This document shows positions 34,656-48,780 of a stretch of 64,000 nt of DNA, one piece after another. This DNA comes from an uncultured Coriobacteriia bacterium (GTDB lineage: Bacteria; Actinomycetota; Coriobacteriia; Anaerosomatales; PHET01). The DNA lies in the NCBI GenBank assembly GCA_963751505.1, contig CAVVUM010000011.1, positions 8,989-72,988 of the forward strand, in the 5' to 3' direction. Position numbers and translations under genes: made by a program. The notes under the pieces were generated by a model that made no database searches, was not told where the DNA came from, and saw nothing but the letters and a program-made list of their open reading frames with translations. Each line of letters opens with the position of its first letter. Positions within the stretch are counted from its first letter, which is position 1.

Positions 34656-35767
34656 GGCGCCCAAGCGCAGCAAGGCCAACACGCCGCCGGAGACCACGTT
34701 GGGGTATCGGGCGTCTCGGCGTGCGTCCAAGTCGGCCAAGCAGGCGAAGAAGGCCGAGAAGCAGCATCAGCTCGTCACCGGTGCTCAGCGTGCGGGGCGC
34801 GGCGCCAAGAACCTCACCATCGTGATCGTGCAGGGGCTCGCGGTGCTCGGCATCGCGGTGCTCGTGCTGCTGCTCGCTGCGATGCTCATCAACTGGGGCG
34901 TGCGCTGGAACGCCCGGCGGGTTGCCGAGAAGGACTCGGCGGTCGCTCAGCTCGAGCGCAGGGCGCGCGACAACATCGTCGTGATCGGCGCCGACGGCGA
35001 GCGCGCGACCGGCTTTCTCGCGATGCGGCTCGACAACAAGGACCGGCCGTGCCTACGGTATCGCGATCCCCGACGGCGCGTTCCTCGACGTGCCCGGCCA
35101 GGGCTTCGAGCGCATCGGCGAGGCGTATCCGGCCGGCGCGGACACAGTGGTCGCATCGATCGCCAACTACCTGACGGTGCCGTTCCGCAGCTACGTCGTG
35201 GTGCCCGCGGCGGTCTACAAGGACGCGATCACCCGGCAGGTCGTGCGCGGTGTGGTGGAGTCGGCGACCGACTCCAACCTGAGCAAGGCCGAGCTCGACG
35301 AGCTCGCGAGGCAGATCGCCCGAGTGCCCAAGGACAACGTCGCGCTCGTGCCGATGCCGGTCAAGCCGATCAAGCTCGGCGATCAGACGTACTTCGAGCC
35401 GCAGAAGACCGAGCTCGCGGACCTGCTGAAGTCGTGGTGGGGCGTGGACGCGAACAAGAAGATCCAGGCGACGCGCGTGGTCGTGTACAACGGCGCGGGC
35501 AAGCCGGGCATCGCGGGCGAGGCGGCCCAGGAGCTCATCCGCGCGGGCTTCCGGGTCGTGGACACGCAGAACGCCGACTCGTTCGACTACGACACCACCA
35601 AGATCATCGTGCGCCGCGGCGACGCGAAGCGCGGCGACGAGGTGAAGCGCGTGCTCGGCGTGGGCGAGGTCTCGTCCGACCCCTCGCGCCAGGACGTGAC
35701 CGACGTGATCGTCATCATCGGCAAGGACTATCGTCCGAAGGACGCCGAGAAGACCAAGGAGGACTGA
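34648..35767 (+). CDS. LytR-CpsA-Psr (LCP)-like protein with a C-terminal LytR_C domain. One break near 35050.
   Basis: N-terminal TM helix IVIVQGLAVLGIAVLVLLLAAMLI. NIVVIGADGERATGFLAMRLD, IPDGAFLDVPGQGFERIGEAY. LytR_C-like VVVYNGAGKPGIAGEAAQELIRAGFRVV. Confidence 0.6.
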
Positions 35768-36188
35768 GTGACCTCATCGAAGGAGCTCGCGATCACCGCT
35801 GCCGTTGCAGCGAGTGACAAAAGGGCGACCGACATCGTCGCTATGGACGTGGCGGAGCTGCTCGTCATCACCGACTACTTCGTCATCTGCACCGCGAACA
35901 CCGACATCCAGGCGCGGGCGATCGCCGAGGAGGTCGAGGACAGGCTGCGCGAGGAGCCGGGGTCAAGCCGATGGGCCGCGAGGGCGTGTGCGGAAGGCAA
36001 GTGGGTGCTGCTCGACTTCGGCGACGTCGTCGTCCACGTGTTCCAGCCCGAGGAGCGCGAGTTCTACCGCCTCGAGAAGCTGTGGGGCGACGCCCAGCGC
36101 CTCGCGCTGCCGGCCGAGTCGTCACCGAGCCGGCGCCCGAGCGCTGCCGCCGGCGGCACTGAGGGCCGACGAGGACGCCCGGTCGTGA
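35768..36188 (+). CDS. rsfS: Ribosomal silencing factor RsfS. 2-3 frame breaks; the 3' end is uncertain (36162 or 36188).
   Basis: ATDIVAMDVAELLVITDYFVICTANTDIQARAIAEEVEDRL, GKWVLLDFGDVVVHVFQPEEREFYRLEKLWGDA. Confidence 0.85.
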
Positions 36189-37128
36189 GCGAAGCGCTCC
36201 GGCGCTACTGGATCCAGCTCGCGCTCGTCGCCGTCGCGGTCGTGTGGGGCGCGACCTTCGTCGATGGTGAAGGACGCGGTCGCCGGCTACCCGCTGTACT
36301 CGTTTCTGGCCCTGCGGTTCGCGATCGCGTGCGTCGCCTTCGTCGTGATCTTCCCGCGGTCCGTGCGCGGCCTCGAACGCCGGCGTCGTGCGGGTGGGGC
36401 TCTTGGCGGGCGCGTTCCTGTGCGCCGGCTACGTCTTCCAGACCTGGGGGCTGCAGGGTACGACGGCGAGCAAGGCCGCGTTCATCACCGGGATGTTCGT
36501 GGTCATCACGCCGATCCTGCAGGCCGTCATCCTGCGACACGTGCCGCGGTGGCCGACGGTTGCGGGCGTCGCGTTCGCGGTCGTCGGGCTTGCGCTGCTC
36601 TCCGGGGGCTCGACCGGCGGCTGGAACGTCGGCGACACGCGGGTGCTGGTCTGCGCGGTCGCCTACTCGGCGCACATGATCGTGCTGGGAAGCATCGGCA
36701 GGCGGCACGACGCCCTGCCGCTCACGCTCGTGCAGATCGCGGTGACCGCGCTCGTGTGCGGCGGCGTCGCTGTCGCGACCGAGCCGATCGCCCTGCCCGA
36801 GTCACGCTCGGTGTGGGTCGCGCTCATCGTGACCGGCGTGCTGGCCTCCGCGGTCGCCTTCGCGGTCCAGACGTACGCGCAGCGCCACATCCCGCCCGCG
36901 CGCACCGCGCTCATCCTCATCACCGAGCCCGCGTTCGGCGGGCTGTTCGGCTGGCTCGCGGGCGAGACGCTCGGGCTGAGCGGGCTTGCGGGCGCGGCGC
37001 TGATCCTCGCCGGCATGGTGCTCGCCGAGGTCGTCGGCGTGTTGACGCACACCGAGGAGGAGGTCGTGCTGCAGCCATCGCTGGAGGGCCCTTCCGTGCC
37101 GCTCGCGGAGGCAGGCGAGGAGGCGTAG
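36185..37128 (+). CDS. EamA/DMT-family transporter. Two +1 breaks (~36262, ~36385).
   Basis: Ten-TM pattern. LALVAVAVVWGATFV, AGYVFQTWGLQGTTASKAAFITG, YAQRHIPPARTALILITEPAFGGLFGW. Confidence 0.8.
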
Positions 37129-37172
37129 CGGGGCCGGTGCCACGCCGCCTGCGGCGCGTCGGTATCGGCTGC

Positions 37173-37199
37173 TTGACCGCCGTAAGCCGCTGGTATACT
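37173..37199 (+). promoter_or_regulatory. Promoter with extended -10 (TGGTATACT) for tRNA-Ala.
   Basis: TTGACC at 37173-37178 with a short 15-nt spacer. TGG + TATACT at 37191-37199, about 30 nt upstream of the tRNA. Confidence 0.45.
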
Positions 37200-37230
37200 A
37201 CCGCTTGCCGCTCAGGCGGCACCCAGATGT

Positions 37231-37306
37231 GGGGCCATAGCTCAGCTGGGAGAGCGCTTGGCTGGCAGCCAAGAGGTCAGGGGTTCGATCCCCCTTGGCT
37301 CCACCA
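37231..37306 (+). tRNA. tRNA-Ala (anticodon GGC), CCA encoded, G3:U70 present.
   Basis: Acceptor ggggcca/tggctcc (G3:T70), D arm gctc-agctggga-gagc, anticodon arm cttgg-ctGGCag-ccaag, T arm agggg-ttcgatc-cccct, then a and cca. Confidence 0.92.
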
Positions 37307-37318
37307 ACAGAGACACCG

Positions 37319-37347
37319 CGCCCGCCGACACGTCGGCGGGCGTTTCT
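37319..37347 (+). terminator. Rho-independent terminator after tRNA-Ala.
   Basis: cgcccgccgac / gtcggcgggcg stem followed by tttct. Confidence 0.7.
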
Positions 37348-37474
37348 GCATCATCGGGGGCGAATGCACGGCGATGCGCCGCAGCTCGAATCGGTCTGCT
37401 TGCAGCGAAGGGCCGCGCACCCATTCGGCTACAATAGGCGCGCATCAGAGCCGGACGAGTGGGAGGACACGCGG

Positions 37475-40013
<2,539 letters not shown>

Positions 40014-40174
40014 ATCCGCCGAGGGTCGGCGCACCGCTAGCTCCGAGCAAGACTCCGGTAGGGGCTCGGTGCCATCGTGTCGAATGCGGGCCGAGTGAAG
40101 GCGGTCCGCGCGGTCGGCACTTGGCGCGACGTCCCCTCCGTCGCCCGCATCCGTCGGGCGAACGGGGTGGGGCG

Positions 40175-40865
40175 ATGCAGGAGAAGGTGCGCGAGCTGCT
40201 CGCGCGGGCGGGGCTGGGGTCGGCGACTCCGGCAACCCTCGTCGCGCTTGCCGTACTGGTTGCGGTGGTAGCGGGAATGGCGCTCTGGCGCTGGTGGCCT
40301 CGCGCGGAGCCGACATCGGTCGAGGTCGTCGCTGCGGAAGCGCACGCAGTGGAGACCGAAGCTGCCGCAGGCGAAGCCGGCCACGGAGGCCTGCAGCGTC
40401 GACGCTGTTCGTGCATGTCGTCGGCTCGGTGCGCCATCCCGGGCTCTACGAGCTGCCGGCCAAGGCGCGAGTGGCCGACGCGATCGATGCGGCCGGGGGG
40501 ACGCTGCCCGACGCGAAAGATCGAGCTCATCAACCTCGCTCGTCCGGTGAGCGACGGCGAGCAGGTTGCCGTGCCCGACGAGGACGACGAGGCGCCGCCC
40601 GTCGCCGCTGCGGTGCCGGGCGTCTCCGCCGGGGCGGGGGCGTCCGGCGCGTCCGCGGGCGCCGCGCAGGGCGCCGATCGATCTCAACTCGGCGGACGCC
40701 GCGGCTCTCGACACGCTTCCCGGAGTCGGTCCGAGCACCGCGCAGAAGATCATCGCGGATCGCGAGTCCAACGGACCGTTCGCCTCGGTCGAGGACCTGG
40801 GCCGCGTCTCCGGCATCGGACCCAAACGTCTGGAGCAGCTGAAGGACCTCGTCTGTGTCCGATGA
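40175..40865 (+). CDS. comEA: Competence protein ComEA (SLBB + helix-hairpin-helix DNA binding). About 3 frame breaks.
   Basis: TM anchor, FVHVVGSVRHPGLYELPAKARVADAIDAAGG, INLARPVSDGEQVAVP, IDLNSADAAALDTLPGVGPSTAQKIIADRESNGPFASVEDLGRVSGIGPKRLEQL. Confidence 0.85.
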
Positions 40866-43162
40866 GTCGTGCGTCCGGCCGTCCATACCGCCGCTCGCGT
40901 GGTTCGCCGCGGCGATGTGGGCGGGCGTGGTCGTCGCCGAGGCCTACGCGTGGTCGCGCTACGCAGGCGCTACCGCCGGACGCGGCGGGGTCCGCTCATC
41001 GGTGCGGTCGCGGCGGTCGGCGGGATGGCTGTTCTCAGCCTGCGCTGGCCTGCGTTGCGCCCGATCGTGGCTGGCGTGGTCGCCGGACTCGTGTGCGGGT
41101 CGCTGTACTGGGGTTGGTGGTCGCGATGCGGTCGAAGCGGCGAGGCAGCGAGGGCGGTGCCTGAGCTTCACGCCGAGGCATTGACTGACCCGGTCCGCGG
41201 CCAGTTCGGTGAGCGTTCGGACGTGACGGGTTCGGCTTCGGAACGGCGGGGTGCGCGTAGGATGCCGGTGGTCCGAGGAGCGGCCGGCACCCGAGGCAGG
41301 CGAGGCGGTCGTGCTGCGCGGCCGCATCGAGCCGCCGGGGAGCGACGAGTGGGGACGCGACGACCATCGCGACGGGCGCGTGGGCAGCCTTCGGCCGACG
41401 AGCGTGAGCTCCGGCGGGCAACGCGCGCTCCATCCGGGGTCTCGTCACGCCCGTCCGAACGCGAGCGCGCGCGTGGATCGAGGAGGTGTCCGGCCCCGGC
41501 GGCGATCTGCTCGCGGGTGTCGCCATCGGCGACCGCCGGCGGCTGCAGGACACGCCCGCTGACGCGGACTTCCGCACCACGGGGCTCACCCACCTGGTCG
41601 CGGTGAGCGGCGGTCACCTGGTCGTCGTCGCCGCTCTGCTGACGGCGTTCGGTCGGCTGGTCGGGCTGCCGAGACGAGCTACTCGTGATCCTCGTGTGCG
41701 CGAGTTCTCGGCTGGTACGTCGTCCTCTCGGGCGTTCAGGCGTCTGCCGTGCGCGCATGGCTGATGGCGTGCGTAGTGACCGTCGCCAGTCTGCTCGACA
41801 GGCGCTCGGACGGGCTCGGCGCGCTGTCAGGTGCTGTGGTCGTCGCCTTGGCGCTGTCCCCACCGAACGCGTTCGATCTCGGGTTCCAGCTGTCGGTGCT
41901 CGCGGTCGGCGGACTGCTCGTCTTCTCACGTCTCACCGAGACATGGGTCTGCGGCGCTCATCCCCCGGGTCGCCGCAGGGCTCGCCGGGCCCGTCGCGAT
42001 GACGCTCGTCGCTCAAGCGGTTACGACACCGATCACGGCGAGCACCTTCGGCACACTCTCGCTCGTGTCACCGCTCGCGAACCTGATAGTGGGGCCGCTC
42101 GTCTCTGCGGTACTCACCCTAGGGCTGGGCGGACTGGCGTTCCACGTCCTCATCCCGCCCGTCGGGCGGAGTCCTCCTGGTGCTCTCCGGGACCGCCGGC
42201 GCGGCTGCGGCGTGGTGCGCGCACAAGCTCGCGCTGCTGCCCTCAGCCGCTGTGCCCGTCGCCTGGGCAGTGGGTCCTGCGGCCGCGGTCTTGCTTGCGG
42301 GCGCGGCGACGCTGTGGACCCTATGGCCTCGTGCGAGCCCGATGCGAGCGCGGGTGCTCGGTGTCGCGTGTCCTCGCGATCATGCTGCCGGTCGTCTGGG
42401 GCTCGCCGCCACCAAGCGGCGCACGCATCGTCGTGCTGGACGTGGGCCAAGGCGACGCGATTCTCGTACAGGACGGCACGAGCGAGCTGCTCGTCGACGC
42501 CGGACCGGATCCGGGTGCGCTGAAGCGAGGGCTGCTCGAGCAGGGCGTGCGCACGCCCGACGCCGTGCTCGTAACGCACTCTCACGCCGATCACGCGGCC
42601 GGGCTCGAGGCGCTCGGCACCAATCGGGCGGTTGACCTCGGGTTCTGCGCCGCGATGCGCGATCCACCCTCCGCCCTCGCGGTGCCCGAACTCGGCGCCG
42701 CCGCGCGGAAGGTCCGTGACGGTCGATGCAGGCGACACGCTGCGCGTCGGTCGCTTCACCGTGCGCGTCGTGTGGCCCGACGGACCGGTCGCCGACGCTG
42801 GCGCCAATGAGAACTGCGTCGTCGTCGAAGTCGCGACGGAGGGGTTCTCGGCGCTACTGACAGGCGACGCGGAGTCATCGGTGCTCGATCGCCTCGTGGC
42901 AGAGCGTCAGGGTGAGGGACATCGACGTGCTGAAGGTCGGTCATCACGGGAGCAAGAAGCGCGGTCGATGCAGCCGCGCTCTCCGCGCTCGACCCCGAGT
43001 ACGCGCTCATCTCGGTGGGCGCGGACAACCGCCACGGCCACCCCACTGAGACGGCGCTACGACTGCTGCGCAGAGTCGGGCGCGAAGGTGCTTCGCAGCG
43101 ACCAGGGCGGTCCCATCGTCGTGGAGGTGGGTGAGGCCGGCTACCGGATACGCCAGAACTAG
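40855..43162 (+). CDS. comEC: DNA internalisation channel ComEC/Rec2 with a C-terminal metallo-beta-lactamase domain. About 10 frame breaks.
   Basis: FRTTGLTHLVAVSGGHL, SAVRAWLMACV, LSPPNAFDLGFQLSVLAVGGL. MBL domain: IVVLDVGQGDAILV, VLVTHSHADHAAGL, LKVGHHGSK, ISVGADNRHGHP. Confidence 0.85.
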
Positions 43163-43222
43163 GTCGCCCTTCGACGGCACTGTGCGAAACTGTAGACGCC
43201 GACCGCCGCGAGAGGAACGCGA

Positions 43223-44191
43223 GTGACCAAGAGCCCAGGCGAGCTGCTTCCCGTCTACCTGATACATCAGCGAGCAGGAGTTGCTCGTCGATGAGGCTCT
43301 GTCGCGCCTCAAGTCGCGCATCGGGGATGCTGCGGACCTGGACTTCAACATGCAGGTCTTCGCCGGCGAGAATGCGGTGGCCGAGGAATCATCATCGCCT
43401 GCAACACGCTGCCGTTCGCCTCGGACAAGCGCCTGGTCGTCGTGCGCGAGTGTCGAGAGGATGTCGAAAGACAGCCTGGACGCGCTCGCCGCCTACGCCG
43501 CAGACCCGGCGCCGTTCACGGTGCTTGCGATCGCGGGTGCGAAGCTCGCGAAGAACACGCGGCTCTACAGCGCCGTCAGATCGCGCAGGGGGCGTGGTCG
43601 ACCGCAAAGTGGAGAAGCGCGACGTGCCCGGGGTGGTGCGCAGGATGTTCGAGCAGCGAGACAAGGTCGTCACGCTCGATGGAGCTGAGGAACTGGTCTC
43701 GGCGGTCGGGTACGATCTGCGGCGCTTGAGCGCCGAGGTGGACAAGGCGGTGGCCTACGTGGGCGACCGGCGCGAAGTGACGCGCGAGGACGTCGAGAGC
43801 GTCACCGCGACGACCGCGCCCACGAATGTGTGGGAGTACACCGAGGCGCTGGGCGACAGGGACTGCCGTCGATCGCTCGCGCGAGTTGCGGACCTGCTCG
43901 CCGAGGGGGAGTCGGTTCATGGCCTTCACGCGCTCGGAGTGCGCACGGTGCGGGACCTGATCGGTCGCGCGCAGCATGCTCGACCGCGGGCTGAGTAGCG
44001 TCGGGGAGATCTCCGCGGCGATGGGACGGCCCGACTGGCAGGTCAAGCGGCTCGTCAGGCAGGCGCGCGCGTTTCGTGCCGACGAACTCGCACGCGCCAT
44101 CCAGCTTGCGGCGCAAGGGGAGTCGGAAATGAAAACGAGCCGGGATTCCCGGCTCGTCCTCGAGCGTTGGATCGTGCAGCTGTGCGGCTAG
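43223..44191 (+). CDS. holA: DNA polymerase III delta subunit. About 5 frame breaks.
   Basis: [60 protein letters not shown]. Position after comEC and convergent with rpsT, as in Bacillus. Confidence 0.75.
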
Positions 44192-44451
44192 CCTACGCTG
44201 TTGGCTGCCTTCATGATGCCCGACTTGCGATTGGCAGCCTGGCTCTTGTGGATGACGCCCTTGCTGGCAGCCTTGTCGAGCAGGCGTGAGGCCTCGAGTG
44301 CCGCCGCCTTGGCGCTCTCGGCGTCACCGGCCGCGACCGCGACGTGGACCTTCTTGATCGAGGTCTTCAGCCCGGACTTCACGGCCTTGTTGCGCTGGTG
44401 CGCCTTCTCATTGGTGAGGACGCGCTTCTTCTGGCTCTTGATGTTGGCCAC
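44188..44451 (-). CDS. rpsT: 30S ribosomal protein S20.
   Basis: ORF 44188..44451. [30 protein letters not shown]. Confidence 0.95.
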   Translation of the reverse strand: MANIKSQKKRVLTNEKAHQRNKAVKSGLKTSIKKVHVAVAAGDAESAKAAALEASRLLDKAASKGVIHKSQAANRKSGIMKAANSVG

Positions 44452-44513
44452 AGTTGTTTCTGCCCTTCCGCATACGATGGTGCCCGTGACAGTGGGGTGT
44501 CGACGAACCGCGA

Positions 44514-44523
44514 TAGTCTAGCA
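44514..44523 (-). promoter_or_regulatory. Putative extended -10 element (TGCTAGACTA on the minus strand) for rpsT.
   Basis: The reverse complement of tagtctagca is tgcTAGACTa, i.e. TGn + TAnnnT. About 55-60 nt upstream of the rpsT ATG. Confidence 0.4.
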
Positions 44524-44576
44524 CACGCTTCCGGGTGGTGCCATATCGACTGCGGGTTCCTCGGCAGGTGTGCGCT

Positions 44577-44586
44577 TGCTAGACTA
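44577..44586 (+). promoter_or_regulatory. Putative extended -10 element (TGCTAGACTA) for lepA. It implies a leaderless or near-leaderless mRNA.
   Basis: tgcTAGACTa. The hexamer ends at 44585 and the ATG is at 44594. No Shine-Dalgarno in between. Confidence 0.4.
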
Positions 44587-44593
44587 GACCGCC

Positions 44594-46396
44594 ATGACGC
44601 AGCCTGACCACATACGGAACTTCTCGATCATCGCGCACATCGACCACGGGAAGTCCACGCTCGCCGACCGGATCCTCGAACTCACGCACACGGTGCAGGA
44701 GCGCGACATGGTCGAGCAGGTGCTGGACTCGATGGACATCGAGCGCGAGCGAGGCATCACCATCAAGGCGCAGGCCGTGAGGGTGATGTTCGAGTCGTCG
44801 GACGGCCAGACCTACCAGCTCAATCTCATCGACACCCCTGGGCACGTCGACTTCACCTACGAGGTCTCCCGTTCGCTCGAGGCGTGCGAGGGCGTGCTGC
44901 TCGTCGTGGACGCCGCGCAGGGAGTGGAGGCGCAGACGGTCGCGAACGCTCTGATGGCCATGAACGCGGGGCTCGAGATCATCCCGCTCATCAACAAGAT
45001 CGATCTGCCTGCGGCGGACCCCGAGCGCGTGCGGCATGAGATCGAGGAGGGCCTCGCCATCCCCGCTGACGAGGCCGTTCTCACGAGCGCCAAGTCCGGG
45101 GTCGGCGTCCTCGATGCACTCGAAGCGGTCGTGCGCCGCGTTCCCGCGCCGAGCGGAGACCCCGCGCGCCGCTCAAGGCGCTGATCTTCGACTCGTACTT
45201 CGATGAGTATCGCGGCGTGGTCGCGCTCATTCGAGTGATCGACGGGAGCGTGCGCAAGGGTCTCAAGGTGCGCATGATGGCCACCAGAACGGTGACCGAC
45301 GTCGAGGAGGTCGGGGTCAGGCGCCCGGCCAACATCCCGGTCGGCGAGCTCGGAGTGGGTGAGGTCGGGTACTTGATCACCGGGCTCAAGGACCCCGCTC
45401 TGGTGAAGGTCGGTGACACGGTCACCCTGGCGAAACACGGTGCGACCGAGCCGCTTCCCGGCTACCGCGAGGTCAAGCCGATGGTGTTCACCGGGCTGTT
45501 CCCCATCGATGGTGACCAGTACCCGGAGCTGCGCGACGCTCTCGACAGACTCAGCCTGAACGACCCCGCGCTGATCTACGAACCCGAGTCGAGCCATGCT
45601 CTTGGCTTCGGGTTCCGCGTCGGATTCCTCGGGTTGCTGCACATGGAGGTCGTCAAAGGAACGCCTCGAGCGCGAGTTCGACCTGGATCTTCTGGCGACT
45701 GCGCCAAGCGTCGAGTACCACGCGTTTCTCACGAACGGTGAGATGAAGATCCTGCACTCACCGCAAGACATGCCTGATCCGGCGAAGCTCGAGCGGATGG
45801 AGGAGCCCTACCTGAAGGCGACGGTCCTCGTGCCGCCGGACTTCGTCGGGGCGGTGATGGAGCTGACCCAAGGTCGCCGGGCTACTTTCAAAGACATGCA
45901 GTACCTCTCGGCGACCACCGTCGAGATGCACTACGAGATGCCGCTTTCCGAGCTGATCATGGACTTCTTCGACCAACTCAAGAGCCGTACAAAGGGCTAC
46001 GCCTCACTCGACTACGAGTATCTCGGCTATCGGCCCGGTGAGCTCGTGAAACTCGACATCCTTCTTGCAGGCAAGCCGGTGGACGCTCTGAGCTTCATCG
46101 TCCACAAAGACAAGGCCTACGACCGCGGCAAGGTCCTTACCGAGAAGCTGCGCGGCATCATCCCCAGGCAGATGTTCGAGGTGCCGATCCAGGCGGCCAT
46201 CGGTGGACGCATCCTTGCCCGCGAGACCGTGCGCGCCAAGCGCAAGGACGTGCTCGCGAAGTGCTACGGCGGCGATATCACCCGCAAGCGCAAGCTTCTG
46301 GAGAAGCAGAAGAAGGGCAAGAAGCGGATGAAGAACATCGGCTCGGTCGAGGTGCCGCAGGAGGCGTTCATGGCGATCCTGAAAGTCGATGACTGA
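44594..46396 (+). CDS. lepA: Elongation factor 4 (LepA). Two frame breaks (~45170, ~45655).
   Basis: [52 protein letters not shown]-terminal [16 protein letters not shown]. Confidence 0.95.
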
Positions 46397-47653
46397 GCAG
46401 GGCGGATCGAGCGCTGACCTGGGCCCGGTACTCGAGAGCGCCGTCCGAGGCCCCGCACTTCCTGCGCACCTCTACCTGCACGTGCCGTTCTGTCGTTCGA
46501 AGTGCGCCTACTGCGACTTCGCCTCCGTCGTACCCACCGACGACACATCGTGCGCGCCGTGTTCTCGGGGATGCGTGCCGAGATCGTTCGCTGGGCCGCG
46601 GCCTGTCTTCCCGGCGTGGTCGAGACCGTCTACGTAGGCGGTGGCACGCCGTCGCTGTTCGCCGAGGAAGTCGCCGACCTGCTCGACTGGGTGCAGCAGC
46701 AGCTGCCGGTGCGCGCGGGTGCCGAGATCACGGTGGAGGCAAACCCCGACTCGCTGGATGCCGTGTCGCTCGAACTTCTTCGCGCCGGCGGCGCCAACCG
46801 CATCAGCCTCGGCGTGCAGTCCTTCGACGACGGGGTCTTGCAGTTCCTCGGCCGTGCGCACGATGCGTCGGGCGCATGGCGCGCCTGCGAGCTCGTGCGC
46901 GAGTCGGGAGTGGAGCTTTCGGTCGATCTCATGTGCGGCGTGCCGACAGACATCGCCGCGAGCGCGGATCACTGGTCACACAGCCTGTCGTCGGCCCTCG
47001 CAAGCGGTGCGCCTCACCTGAGCGTCTACCCGCTGCAGGTCGAGGAGGGCACCCCGCTCGAGGGGCGAGTGGCCAGGGGCGCCGTGGCTCTGCCCGACGA
47101 GGATGCGGTCGCCGACGAGCTCATCTTGGCGCGCGACACGCTCGAAGCGCGAGGACTTCGGCGCTACGAGGTCGCCAACTACGCGCGCGCAGGCCACGAG
47201 GCGCGCCACAACACCGCGTACTGGCTCGGCAACCCCTACATCGGAGTCGGACCATCTGCGCACGGCATGCTTGACGCTGCCACCGCCGAGGTTCTCGGCC
47301 TGATCGACGGCGTGTCCCCCGAGGCCGCACGGGTGCGCTACGCGCAGGCCCGGACGATCGAGGGCTGGCTCACCGGCGAGCGGACCGAGGTCGAGGTCCT
47401 GACCGCGCGCGAGGCGGCGCGCGAGAACGTGATGCTCGGCCTGCGGCTGACCGACGGCGTGAGCGCGGTCGCCGTTCGCGATGCGGGTGTCGAGCCGGTT
47501 CTGGAGGGACTCCTCGCCGACGGCCTGGTCGAGCGCGCAGGGGAGTCGGGGCACCCGCGATGGCGGGTCACGGACCGCGGCTGGCTGCTCGGCAACGAGG
47601 TCTTCGGGCGGGTCTGGCTCGCCGACGAGGATGAAGGGCGCGAGCTGTCGTAG
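46389..47653 (+). CDS. hemW: Radical SAM heme chaperone HemW (HemN-like, oxygen-independent coproporphyrinogen oxidase family). One break near 46545.
   Basis: [17 protein letters not shown] (CxxxCxxC), [37 protein letters not shown]. Confidence 0.85.
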
Positions 47654-47676
47654 CACTCGGTATACTTGAGTGCCAG
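47650..47676 (+). promoter_or_regulatory. CIRCE operator (HrcA binding site).
   Basis: gTAGCACTC-ggtatactt-GAGTGCcAg, compared with the consensus TTAGCACTC-N9-GAGTGCTAA. It overlaps the hemW stop and sits 36 nt upstream of the hrcA ATG. Confidence 0.8.
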
Positions 47677-47711
47677 CCACAGCAGGAAGTGGCGAGTCGA
47701 AAAGGACCCGG

Positions 47712-48734
47712 ATGCTGAACGACCGCCGGCGAAGCGTCTTGAAGGCGCTCGTCGAGGAGTACATAGCGAGCGCCCAGCCGGTGGGCAGCAGAACGCTCGT
47801 GGAGCGCTACGAGCTCGGCTGCAGCCCCGCCACCGTGCGCAACGAACTCGCGATTCTGGAGGAGACCGGCTTCGTCGTGCAGCCGCACGTCTCAGCTGGG
47901 CGTCTGCCGACCGACACAGGCTATCGCGACTTCGTCGACCGCTTGCTCGAGCAGGCGCTCGAACGCGACGCCAGCGTCGCCGCGATGCCGCAGGTCGCCG
48001 AGGTCGACGACCTGCTGCGCGAAGCGACTTCGCTGCTCACCAGACTCACCGACTCGCTCGCGATCGTGCTTGCGCCGAGCGTGTCGCTCGCGCGCGTGAA
48101 GCGGGTGGACTTGCTCTCGATGGCCCCGCGGCGGGCGCTCTTCGTGCTGATCACCGAGTCGGGGCAGGTACTCAACCGCCATATCGAGCTCGCCGAGGAC
48201 GCATCACCCGAGCGGCTGGCCGATATCGAGCGTTCGTTGAACGCGTCGTTCGTCGGCAAGCGGGAGGCGGAGATCCGCCCGCTGCGGGAGGCGCTCGCGC
48301 AAGCTCCCAGTTCGGCCGATGGCTCGGACGCGGACGCCGATGCGGGGCTGATGGTCGCCGTGCTCGACGAGATCCTCGACGCCCTCGGCGAGGCCGACCG
48401 CGACCGCTTGCACCACGTGGGCGTGCCGGCCCTACTCGCGCAGCCCGAGTTCCACGATGCCGACCGCGCCCGCCCCGTCATCACCTGCGTGGAGGACGGG
48501 CTCGCGCTGCTCGACACGCTCTCGGCAGTACTTGGCCGAGACGGAGTGTGGGTGAGCATCGGGCACGAGAACCAGCGCGAGGAGCTCGATCACACGAGCG
48601 TCGTCGCCGTGCGGTTCGGCTCCCGTGAGTCGGACGGCGTCATCGGCGTGCTCGGCCCCACCCGGATGGACTACCATCGCGCCATCGAGGCCGTTCGCGC
48701 AGTCGCCGACGGTCTCTCCGGCGCCCTGAGCTGA
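47712..48734 (+). CDS. hrcA: Heat-inducible transcription repressor HrcA.
   Basis: ATG 47712 within ORF 47670..48734. [54 protein letters not shown]. Intact. Confidence 0.92.
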   Translation: MLNDRRRSVLKALVEEYIASAQPVGSRTLVERYELGCSPATVRNELAILEETGFVVQPHVSAGRLPTDTGYRDFVDRLLEQALERDASVAAMPQVAEVDDLLREATSLLTRLTDSLAIVLAPSVSLARVKRVDLLSMAPRRALFVLITESGQVLNRHIELAEDASPERLADIERSLNASFVGKREAEIRPLREALAQAPSSADGSDADADAGLMVAVLDEILDALGEADRDRLHHVGVPALLAQPEFHDADRARPVITCVEDGLALLDTLSAVLGRDGVWVSIGHENQREELDHTSVVAVRFGSRESDGVIGVLGPTRMDYHRAIEAVRAVADGLSGALS

Positions 48735-48780
48735 GATCCCGAGACGATGCGCGGCCCGCAGTGGGCCGCATGAGGAAGGA

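Noticed and set aside
37348-37474. A T-box or other leader riboswitch upstream of leuS, and likewise upstream of glyQ (59326-59382).
   Set aside because: The spacers are only about 125 nt and 57 nt. I found no specifier-loop or T-box (AGGGUGGNACC-like) sequence and no antiterminator/terminator pair. The hairpins present are terminators of the preceding genes.
44188-44191. The convergent holA and rpsT stop codons share the palindrome CTAG, with no intervening terminator.
   Set aside because: The overlap is real, but it is most likely just compact genome organisation. There is no evidence of regulatory significance from the sequence alone.
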